Part shown: one piece after another, positions 53,526 through 63,855 of the stretch | How the letters are laid out: each line of letters opens with the position of its first letter | Numbering within the stretch: the first letter of the stretch is position 1 | DNA from: Octopus sinensis | Taxonomy: Eukaryota | Direction: 5' to 3' | Assembly (NCBI RefSeq): GCF_006345805.1 | Contig: NC_043002.1 | Coordinates: 85,684,001-85,748,000, forward strand | Length of the DNA stretch: 64,000 nucleotides | Translations under genes and position numbers: made by a program | The notes under the pieces: model-generated | Seen by the model: the letters and a program-made list of their open reading frames with translations, nothing else | The model's database searches: none | What the model was told of the DNA's origin: nothing

Positions 53526-54373
53526 GGCTTCTTTCAGTTTCCATCTACCAAATTCACTCACAAGACTTCAGTCAGCTGAAGGCTATAGTAGAAGACACTT
53601 GCCCAATACGTCATGCAGTGGGACTGAACCCAGGACCATGTAACTGGGAAGTAAGCTTCTTACCGCACACCCATGCGTGTGCCTTTATTTATATATATGA
53701 ATCTATATATACTGGCTTTCTCTTGGTTATATGTTTGATATAGTAATTTTCATATCTTAAATAGCTGACTACTTCAAAGTGTAATAAATTCGCAGGATAC
53801 TTTTGCCAATATTTTCCTATGTGCGTGTTCATACAAGTTTCTGGTATTAGATCTGTTTGGGGTTTTTTCTCTATTTTTTGTTTTTTTTTTTGCATTGCAA
53901 CTTTATTATGGAGTTCCAGATCTTTCACAGTCTTCTCTGAGTGATAATGGATAACTCACCTTTGACTGTAGTTATATCAGCAAGTATTATTGTATACTAT
54001 CACTCTTATAATTAATTCTGTCTGCAGTTGTTGTTGTTGTAGCCAACATACATGTTCTAGTTTCTTTCAAAAGGTAATATCATAATGCAGTCTGTCACTT
54101 TTTGAGAACCATCTTATTAGTTTATTTGTACACTTCAATAACATTTTTTATTTTCTTTCTTTATTTTATATCACACCACTCACGTGCTTCATTGCATTTC
54201 TAACAGTGAGAGTAATTGGGAAGTGTATGTAACTTGGTGTAAAAGAGAAATCGTAAGGGACTGACTTCATTCAAAGAGGCATTGATGTTCTGAATACCTT
54301 ACTGCTTATATCCTTCACTGATGTGTGTGTGTATACTTATATATACGTTCACACACACACACACATATACAAT

Positions 54374-55935
54374 TCATCATCATCGTTTAACGTCCGCTTT
54401 CTATGCTGGCATGGGTTGGATGGTTTGACTGAGTACTGGTAAGCCAGATGGTTGCACTAGGCTCCAATCTGATCTGGCAGAGTTTCTACAGCTCGATGCC
54501 CTTCCTAACGCCAACCACTCCGAAAGTGTAGTGGGTACTTTTACATGCCACCGGCACAAGCACCAGTCAGGCAGTACTAGCGACAGCCATGCTCAAATTG
54601 TGTTTTTTTATGTGCCACCTGCACAGGAACCAGTCCAGCGGCACTGGCAACGACCTCGCTTAAATGTTGTTTTTCATGTGCCACCAGCCCAAGTGCCAGT
54701 AAGGCGACGCTGGTAACGATCATGCTCGAATGGTGCTTTTTATGTTCCACCAGCACGGGAGCTAGTCAGTGGCCCAGGCAACGATCACACTTGGCTGGTG
54801 CTCTAACGTTCCACTGGCACAAGTGCCAGTTAGGCGATGCTGTCATCAGCCATGTCAGTGAATTTGATTTTGATTGTGATTTCACTTGCCTCAACAGGTC
54901 TTTGCAAGCAAAGTTTAGTGTCCAACAAAAGAAAGGTACACATAAGTAGGCTGGTTACACTGCTGGCATAGGCCAGGGGTTATGGTCTCACTTGGCTTGC
55001 CGGGTTTTCTCAAGCACAGCATATTTCCAGAGGTCTCGGTCACTAGTCATTGCCTTGGTGAGGCCTAATGTTCGAAGGTCATGCTTCATCACCTCATCCC
55101 AGCTCTTCCTGGGTCTCCCTCTTCTACAGATTCCCTCAACTGCTAGGGTGTGACACTTTTTCACACAGCTGTCCTCATCCATTTGCACCACATGTCCATA
55201 CCAGCGCAGTCATCTGTCTTGCACACCACATCTGATGCTTCTTAGGTCCAACTTTTCTCTCAAGGCGCTTATACCCTGTCCTGTATGCACAGACATTACA
55301 CATCCAGCAGAGCATACTGGCTTCATTCCTTGCAAGATTACACATGTCCTATGCAGTCATGGCCCATGTTTCACGGCCATGTAGCATGGCTGTTAGTACA
55401 CATGCATCATACAGTCTACCTTTTACTCTGAATGAGAGGCCCTTTGTCACCAGCTGAGGTAGGATCTCTCTGAACTTTTCAGTGTTTATTGCTCCTGAGC
55501 ATCTGCCACATACAAAAGCTATCTTCCCAGATAGCCTTCCTTTGATATTGCTGCACCACTTATGTGTCCATTGCTTACACTGGGTACATCTTATAGAGTT
55601 TCTACCTACACCTTTTCTACAGATCGAGCAGGGCCATCTACCTGAAGGGATTTGTGGTTTGTCTGCCTTCCTACTTATTAGGACTTTGGTTTTAGCTAGG
55701 TTGACTCTAAGGCCCTTCGATTCAAATCCTTGCTTCCACACCTAAAACTTTCCTCTTGTTCTGTTTGCGACTCAGCAATAAGAGCAAGGTCATCAGCATA
55801 GAAAAGCTCCCAGGAGCATCCTATCTTGAATTCTTCTGGAGGACTATGATAAATAGGAGGGGACTGAGGAATGAACCTTGGTGGACCCCTTGTCTCTACC
55901 TGGAATTCTTCACTGTACTCGTTGCCAACCCTCAT
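54374..55935 (-). mobile_element. 5'-truncated RTE LINE: RT core (YADD), PHD-like finger, C-terminus and ~610-nt 3' UTR
   Basis: WELFYADDLALIAES; GLRVNLAKTKVL; CSIC-x10-CTQC-x4-HKWC-x14-CGRC; KGRLYDACV..MLHGRETW; RGRPRKSWDEV...EKTRQAK* (stop 54988-54990); (GAT)n tail. Confidence 0.92.
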
Positions 55936-55989
55936 AATGTTATGTATATATGTATATATGTGTATAGATACTTATATATGCATATATAT

Positions 55990-56041
<52 letters not shown>

Positions 56042-56193
56042 ATATAGATATGTATATATGTGTATATATATGTATATTTACTTATACATGCGCACACACA
56101 CATAATATATTGTTCTGTGAAGATAAGATCAACAAAAAAAGGAACTCCATTTGGTGTGCGATAAATATAATTTAATAAACACAGTATATATTT

Positions 56194-56285
56194 TTATGAG
56201 CTACTAATAGTTTCATGTGATGAAAACAACCGAGACAGCATTTTATAACACATCTGGTGCCTTCACGCAATCCTCAGGCACACAA
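56194..56285 (-). ncRNA. Penelope-type minimal hammerhead-like motif (CUGAGGA core, long stem II)
   Basis: UUGUGUGC-[CUGAGGA]...[GAAA]-CUAUUAG-U-A-GCUCAUAA; stem I 7/8 paired, palindromic stem III ACUA(U)UAGU, stem II imperfect. Confidence 0.55.
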
Positions 56286-56340
56286 GCTAAAAACAGGACA
56301 ATAGAAGCAATAGAATTCTATTGTCCTGTTTTTAGCTTGT
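56282..56340. repeat. perfect 25-bp hairpin with 9-nt loop
   Basis: acaagctaaaaacaggacaatagaa (56282-56306) / exact reverse complement (56316-56340). Confidence 0.97.
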
Positions 56341-57419
56341 TATGCCGTGTGAGGCATAGAATTCGCAGTACTTACCAAAGTAGTAATAATTGAATCGTTA
56401 ATTAAACGTGTTTTATTGTCAAATGAGTAATAGATGGATGGATCTCTATCAGTTTTGATGTTGCATAATCATTTGTTTGGTGAATTGAATTAACCTGCTT
56501 TTTGAGTTAGCATGTAAGTGGCTGAGTATTCCCAAGTTAAAGGGTAAAGACTCTCTTTGGTCATAAATGACCATGGGATTGCACCTAGAAAGTTCCTCTC
56601 TGAGGCACAAGTCTAAGCAAGGTTTCATCGAAGACCAGCAGTCATCCATGCATACCAGACTCCTCTCTCCACACTGCCAATGTTATCTAGGGAAAAGGTA
56701 TGGCATCATTAATATCGCAACTCATTTTTACAGCTGAGTGAACTGGAGCAATGTGAAATGAAGGATCTTGCTCAAGAACACGATACACAGCCTGGCCCAA
56801 GGATCAAATTCACTACCTCATGATTGTAAGCCCAACGCTCTAATTACTAAGGCATGTAGTAAATTCCAAAGGTACATGTACCCTTAATGTAATTCTCATT
56901 ACGAATCAACATGATGCAGTGTGATGCAACAAGGCTGTGCTTTTGAATTACAAGCACAATCCATCTGGTCGAATTTCATAGTTTCCATCTGCCCCATTCT
57001 GCTCACAAAGTATGGATTGACCCAAGCCTATAGAAAGTAATATTTGCTTAAGATACCACACTGTGGGATTGAACCCAAGACCTCATGGTTGCAAGGCAGA
57101 CTTTTTTAAACTTTCAGCCATACTACCCTATTTGTGCATGAGTTGACAGAAGAAATAAGCTTATTTGAAAAACTAAATCTCTTAAGTTAATTATTTAGAT
57201 ATTAATTCAACAGTTACCATCACAAGCTGACTCTTGTGGATTATCACTTTGTGGACAATATCTTTCAGATAATCTAAGTGAATATTTTACATTTTAGATA
57301 TACTGTCAGCATATTAAGTTTTCTCTGCATTTTCCTGTGATTTAAACACAACCTGTTACCAAAGTATTTTTGTCGAATATCTGACAGTTACTCTGATCTC
57401 TGTTATTTTCTTAATGGTA

Positions 57420-58120
57420 AATGCATATCTGATATCATCACCATCATCATCATCATCATCATCATTATCATCATCATCACCAACAACAACAACTCCTCCT
57501 CATTATTATCATCTGCAGTTTGTTGATAATTGACAATGACTGTCCATATAAAATATTGCAAGTCAGAATCGAATCAATTTCCTCCACAGGCTTCTGTCTT
57601 CAGCTGCTGTTGACCAGCTGTGGATATCAATGTCCAATTTCCTCATGCTATCTCTTTCCACCACCTTATATATCTCAGTGAAAGACTGCTCTGATTTCTT
57701 GTACAACTACAAATATAGGCAGAATATTTGTGTTGGGGACTAAGATTTTTTTTCCCATTTCTTTGGACTTGCCCAAGGCAGTGAAATTTCAGTGCATCTG
57801 TATCTCTTCTATGCAGGGAGCTTGGCTTTCTCTAGTATGAGAGTGTTTCAGGTCATATCCTTCCATGTGATACTCATTATCTCAGATGGCTGAGTTTTTT
57901 TGTAGTTTTTTTTTTTACCAGTTGGTGGTATATTACCCATGCCTCTGATCCATATAGTAAGATGGATAGTGTAATTTGTTTCAGTTTCTTAGACCAAATG
58001 TGCATTTGGACCACAGTTGCAGTCTCAACTTTTGAAATTTAATTGGTCTATGGAATAATATTAATAAATCTAAAGTTTATTAAAGTTACTGTTTGGGTAA
58101 CAAGGATTTCACTATCTGTC
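57420..58120 (-). pseudogene. RTE C-terminal relic with (GAT)n tail
   Basis: LLYGSEAW...; KVVERDSMRKLDIDIHSWSTAAEDRSLWRKLI. Confidence 0.65.
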
Positions 58121-58139
58121 TTCCATTCTGTACAGCTGT

Positions 58140-59730
58140 AGTAAAAACTTCTATCTGGCCCAGTGAAATGTTAGAACATTGCTAGACAGAAAAGAGACTG
58201 ATCGAGTAGTCATGGTTTTAGAGTTGGATAGATGCAACACTGATAGAGCAGCCCTTTAAAAGACCAGACCACTTGGATATGGCATCATTGTAGAAATTAG
58301 GTACATGTTGGTTTAACATGTGAAACCAGCAGAACAGAGCAGAGATGTATTTTTGGGATTGGCTTTGCTATGAAATAATATCAAATAGCCAAATTAGACC
58401 AAGAACCAACTGCTGTTAGTACTAAATAGTGAGTTTGAATGTTTGCATCTAAAAGAGGTGTTGTGCATCCTTCATCTATGTTTATTCTTCTACAGTGACA
58501 AATCTTGTTGATGCAAAAAGGAATTGGTTCTACTGTACTCTGCAAATGACTATGTATAGTGTGCCCCAAAGATGTGCCAAACTGATTCCAGTTGTTGATT
58601 TCACTGTCTAAAGAAACAGCAAAATGGCCTAGTGTTATTGGCAAGCATGGTATGAGTGAGACAATTCAAAAGACAAGCTTCTCATTTTCTTTTTTTTTTT
58701 ACTTCAGACCCTCATCATTACCAACACCATCTTCAAATGGAAGGAAGACTAGAAAGTTATCTGATTGCATTTGTGCTCGAAGCAATGGTATCTTCTAGAC
58801 TCTGTAATAATTAGATAGCAGGATAGAAGTGATGTACTAATTACACAGGTGATGTGAATGACCACTAAATATTTCAATCAAAGTAGTTTTGAGACAGAAT
58901 AGGACCAGACCTCCCAAGCCCATTAAATCTGTATGGAAATTAGCAGATAAGAATATGAGAGCCATTCTTGAAAGACATATGGACAAGAATCATGGGAAAC
59001 ATAATAAATAGAAACTAGCATTATTGTAAGATGGCCCTTAAAATACTATTGTAAGATTGTGACCACAGTTTGACACAGCTTAAGATGTGCTTGGTAATCC
59101 AACAAGGAGATATAAAGTGAGGGTTCCACTGTTACTTTCACTATGAGAGTCACATATCCAAGCTCACCAGAATCGCTTCATGACTCTCAGCACTAGATCA
59201 AGTCAAGAAGAGTCTATAACATTACAGATGCCAAATGAAGTTAGAGTCAAAGGAAAACGAAGTGGTCAAAATGAAGTTAGAGTCATAGGAAAACAAAGCT
59301 GTAAACCATTTCTGATTTGAATGACGTACATAGCTTCTATACTGAAGTAACACATGTTGATGAACCTCAAAAAAGTGTCACTCAGCTGAGGAAAACTGAA
59401 GGATCATCAATGTTTGATATGTGCTGGATCTATAATAGATTTCTTGCCAAACGTATGAGGTCATTGATCTGGAACAAAACTGACTAATGCTTATAGATAC
59501 AACAGGCAACCTCATCAAATATTAAAGTGCTACAAGAGTGCACAGCTGATGCACACTGCTTACGCTGCACATTAGAAAATGAAATCAATGAGAATTTGAC
59601 TTCCTGCTTGGCAAACTGATAAATAAAAATGCAAACATCCCAGGAAATAAGTTTATAAAATCTCAGCATATCTAGTATCATCTTCTTCAACTGTAGCACA
59701 TAAAGTTGCTCAACAAGTCTTGGAAAAAAC
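58140..59730 (+). pseudogene. RTE endonuclease-to-pre-RT relic
   Basis: AQ*NVRTLLDR...ELDRCNTDRAAL*KTR; GIGFAMK; WPSVIGKHG; LIITNTIF; later DVHSFY and IPG-type motifs. Confidence 0.65.
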
Positions 59731-59967
59731 CTTCTGCTTTTCATTTCATTTTGCATGGCAACCAGGATCAACAGCAATCATTTTCACTGTCCTCCTTGTC
59801 ATTATTGTTGTCATCCTCCTCTTCCTTACCCTGCTCCTCCCCTCCCTCTTCCTCTTCCCCTTCCTCCTCCTCTTCACCTTCCTTAGTTCCTCTTCTTTCT
59901 CATCATCATCCTCCCCTCCTCCTTCCCCTCTTCCTCCTCATTATCATTTCCCTCCTCCTCCTCCTCC

Positions 59968-60001
<34 letters not shown>

Positions 60002-60070
60002 TATCATCATCTTCATCATCATCATTGTCACCATCATCATCTTTTACCTATCATATTGTTTTGGTCTTAA

Positions 60071-60292
60071 CCCTTTTGTTACTGTATTTATTTTGAGATG
60101 CTCTGTGTTTCTTTCAATTACTTTAAATATAACAAAGAATTTAGTAAAATAACTTGGTTTTCATTAAAGCTAGTGTTAGGAACATAAATTGGGACTAAGG
60201 TTTGGTGGAAGATTTTAATCAAGAACTTATGAAAACAAAACATTTGTACCTCAGAGCCAGAGCCAGTTTCAGCCGGGTTGGTATTGAAAGGG
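60071..60292. mobile_element. piggyBac-like MITE
   Basis: TTAA|CCCTTTTGTTAC ... GTATTGAAAGGG|TTAT. Confidence 0.5.
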
Positions 60293-60430
60293 TTATATAA
60301 TCTTGCTCAACTCAGCCAAAGCAAGTTTGTGGAACAAATACAGTTAATACAGTTCTATATTTAAGAGATGAGGTATTATGTACATTATTTACATTAGATG
60401 GATATTTGTCTTCATCTTGTTTGTTGTTAA

Positions 60431-60471
60431 TACGTTTCGGCTGATATACCCTCCAGTCTTCATCAGGTGTC
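60431..60471 (-). ncRNA. hammerhead-like motif, left arm (stem I 3' strand damaged)
   Basis: GACAC-CUGAUGA-A-GACUG/10 nt/CAGCC-GAAA-CG-U-A; keeps the ACGU palindrome. Confidence 0.5.
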
Positions 60472-60732
60472 TTGAAGAAATTTTGAACCTGGGTTCTCAT
60501 TCCTAAAGTATATTTCGTCGTCGTCGTCGTCGTCGTTCGTCGTCGTCGTCGTTGTCGTCGTCGTCGTCGTCGTTGTCGTCGTCGTCGTCGTTCGTCGTCG
60601 TCGTCGTTGTCGTCGTCGTCGTCGTCGTCGTTGTCGTCGTCGTCGTCGTGTCGTCGTCGTCGTCGTTCGTCGTCGTCGTCGTTGTCGTCGTCGTTGTCGT
60701 CGTCGTCGTCGTTGTCGTCGTCGTCGTCGTCG

Positions 60733-60767
<35 letters not shown>

Positions 60768-60865
60768 TTGTTGTTGTTGTTCAGGTCACTGCTTGGAATC
60801 GAACTCAGAATCTTGGGGTTAGTAGCTACTAACCACATGATTCCAAGTTCAATTCCAAACAGTGA

Positions 60866-60906
<41 letters not shown>

Positions 60907-60948
60907 TTGAAAAATACCTTAGGCAACTCAGGTTCGAAATTTCCCCAA

Positions 60949-60993
60949 GACACCTGATGAAGGCTGGAGGGTATATCAGCCGAAATGTTGTGT
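60949..60993 (+). ncRNA. minimal type I hammerhead motif, right arm
   Basis: GACAC-CUGAUGA-A-GGCUG/GAGGGUAUAU/CAGCC-GAAA-UG-U-U-GUGU; 5-bp stem II, 4-bp stem I; CG->UG change in stem III. Confidence 0.65.
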
Positions 60994-61171
60994 AAACAAC
61001 AAACAAGATGAGGACAAATATCCATCAAATGTAAATAATGTAAATACAGTTAATCTAAACCAATGAGAGAACCTCTCAGTGGCCATCTACCCTGCTAGAT
61101 ATAGCAACTTAATCACCCTTGAATTGAATAACATTGCCTTGAATATAATGAAACGTACATCAGACAATGTA

Positions 61172-62491
61172 CAGGGTAGGGCAGAGAGGACAGACGTTTT
61201 TGAAAATTTCACAAAATCATTAATTTTAGCTGCAAACAAATTTTATTAACATTAATGTGCTTGCATTGAATCAGCATTTGTCAGGAAAAAAACTTCCATC
61301 ATGTGGTGTCCGTTATCTTTGATGCATTTCTGAAGGCATTCTTAGAAGTTGACCTCCACTCTTTCCAGTATTGCTCAGTCGATTTGGGCAACTTCCACGT
61401 GAATAACTTCCTTCAAATCGTCCAATGTACAGTGATTAAGTGCATACACATGTACCTTGGGGCTTCTCCACAAGAAATAACCACACATGGACAAATCAGG
61501 GGACTGAGGGGGGCCAAAGAATTTCAGCAAATCTGGAAATGAGGCAGTCACCAAAAAGAGGACAAAGAATGTCTATTGATGCTCTAGCTGTGTGGGCTGT
61601 TGCCCCATCATGCTGAAACCACACACATCAAAAAGACATACGTTTTCATCATAATTCAGGCACAAAGAATTTGTTTATCATCTCGATGTAACTCTCGGAA
61701 TTCACAGTAACAGCTTTTCCATTACTGTCTTAAAAAAAGTAAGGACCAATGATGACAGGTTTTTCAACAGCACACCAGACTGTCACTTTTGGGCTGTGCA
61801 GTGGGTCTTTCATGCAGTTCTCTCAGATTTTCAAGAGTACAATAATAACAGTTCTGTTGATTCACCATGCCATTGAGATGAAAATGAGCTTCATCACTCA
61901 TTAACAAAATGAGATTGTCATTTGCCACAAAAATCGCTTGCATCTGACGTGCGAAGTTAACCCGCTGTGCATAGTCCCATGGTTTCAACGATGGCCCTAC
62001 GACCAATTTGTATGGGTGGAAATGCAGGTCTTCATGCAAATTATCAATGCCAAGTTCAGTGGAATGCCTCCAAGCAGAGCGATTTGGACTCCATTATCAA
62101 AGCTTGTTTGACATGTTCCACATTTTCCAGGGTCCGTACCATTTGTGGCACCCCCCACCAGTCTCTTATTCATTAGTGTACCTCATGTACAATGAGCATT
62201 CACCCATTGTAAGATTGCATTATGGGTATGGGTAGGAACAGCCTGATTTCGGTGAATGTTGAAGTGATGCTGAAACTCATGCTGAACTGCTGTGACAGAC
62301 TCATTATTCTTCGTGTAACTATCGTAGGCAAACATACAATGCTCTATTGTCCACAGTGCCATGGTTTCACCTGAAAAGAAAAAAAATGCTAAGACACCAC
62401 CGACAGAATGGTACCTGTCAGATATATGTCCCTCCCACTGGGGCTGAGTAATAGCCATTTCAAAAACGTCTGTCCTTTTTGCCCCAGCCTG
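61172..62491 (-). mobile_element. full-length DD41D-type Tc1/mariner element (inactive)
   Basis: TA|cagggtagggcagagaggacagacgtttttgaaa ... tttcaaaaacgtctgtcctttttgccccagcctg|TA; YTKNNESVTAVQ HTH, SDEAHFHLNG, QHDGATAH...WPP.SPDLSMCG with 41-residue spacing after a +1 frameshift correction; third D mutated to G. Confidence 0.9.
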
Positions 62492-62497
62492 TAGTTC

Positions 62498-62747
62498 TCA
62501 TCATCATCATCATCATCGTCGTTTAGCGTCCGTTTTCCATGCTAGCATGGGTTGGACGGTTCAACTGGGGTCTGGGAAGCCAGAAGGCTGCACCAGGCCC
62601 AGTCTGATCTGGCAATGTTTCTACGGCTGGATGCCCTTTCTAATGCCAACCACTCCGTGAGTGTAGTGGGTGCTTTTTACGTGCCAGACAAGGCTGGCAA
62701 ACGGTCATGATCGGATGGTGCTTTTTACGTGCCACCAGCACGGAGGC
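62498..62747 (-). mobile_element. RTE 3' UTR copy
   Basis: (TCA)n + shared body, two subunits. Confidence 0.85.
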
Positions 62748-63079
62748 CGTGGTTGGATCATATTTGCTCTCAGCTCATTCAGTAAGAGCTGCCATGCATT
62801 AAACAACAAACTGCAGATATTTTGGTGGAGGAGTGTTGTTAATTTAGCAGACCTAGCCTGCTCCCACCGTACTGAACTGGTGACTATTTTATCAACTTCA
62901 AATGGTTGTAACTAAATATCACAAAACATTGAGAATATTGAAATACCATGCTTAGTTGTTTAATGGTTATCATCTCCAAATTCTCAATAATAGTATAATA
63001 AAAACATCTTTTGTCTTTCTATGTCACTACTTCTCATTCCAACTATGGAGTTAAAGCTGTCTGAAATATATAAGTAAAC

Positions 63080-63570
63080 ACATAGAAATCTCCAAAGAAC
63101 CTGAGCTTAACTCATTCTTTTCACATGGTCGCAAGTATTCTTGTTTTATCTCCTTGTAGTGACCATTTTCTTCCTTCTTCCAACAAAGTTCTCTTCCTAC
63201 CCAACGTTTCTTGTCTCCTCCCTTCTCTTACAGTCTTCAGTATTAATTCTTCCTTTTCCTTCCACTTACATCCAATCTGTTTATTCACCACTCTCAGCCA
63301 CAATATCTCACTTAGGAAGGAGTAAGTCCAAAACATTGAATTCCTCCTCCTCCCTCCTCCTTCTTCTGCCCTCCTCCTCCTCTTCCCCCTTTTTCCTCAC
63401 ACTCCTCTTTGCTGAAAAATAATTCATTCCACTTCTTGAACTTCCTGTACCCAAAATATTACCTACCATTTTCATCCTTCTCAATAAATCTCTGCTCTTT
63501 ACTCTAACAAGCACCACAACCAATGTGCATATAGCTTCTGTCCCTGCCTGTCTACGCAAATGCTTACATT
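63080..63570 (-). pseudogene. probable RTE C-terminal relic
   Basis: CKWKEK...GRKRTLLEEGRK resembles W.EK...GEKRTLL..I..RK. Confidence 0.35.
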
Positions 63571-63627
63571 TATAGCACTCTAAGTATTTAACTGTCTCCC
63601 TTTCTCTCCATGTGTGTGCATGTATTT

Positions 63628-63654
63628 ATATAATGCATAAATATATATATATAT

Positions 63655-63715
<61 letters not shown>

Positions 63716-63824
63716 CATACATATATGCAAATGTATATATATATAAGCATATACACATATACATATATTTTATTTATTTATATATATATATGAAATGTAT
63801 ATATATAAGCATATACACACACAC

Positions 63825-63855
<31 letters not shown>

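Larger units (their letters stand above)
60349..61041. mobile_element. head-to-head palindromic dimer of a tRNA-headed SINE with a Penelope-type tail
   Basis: Centre 18-bp perfect palindrome 60817-60834; each arm = B box + microsatellite + shared tail with hammerhead core; 13-bp direct repeat aaatacagttaat at 60336-60348 and 61042-61054. Confidence 0.8.
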
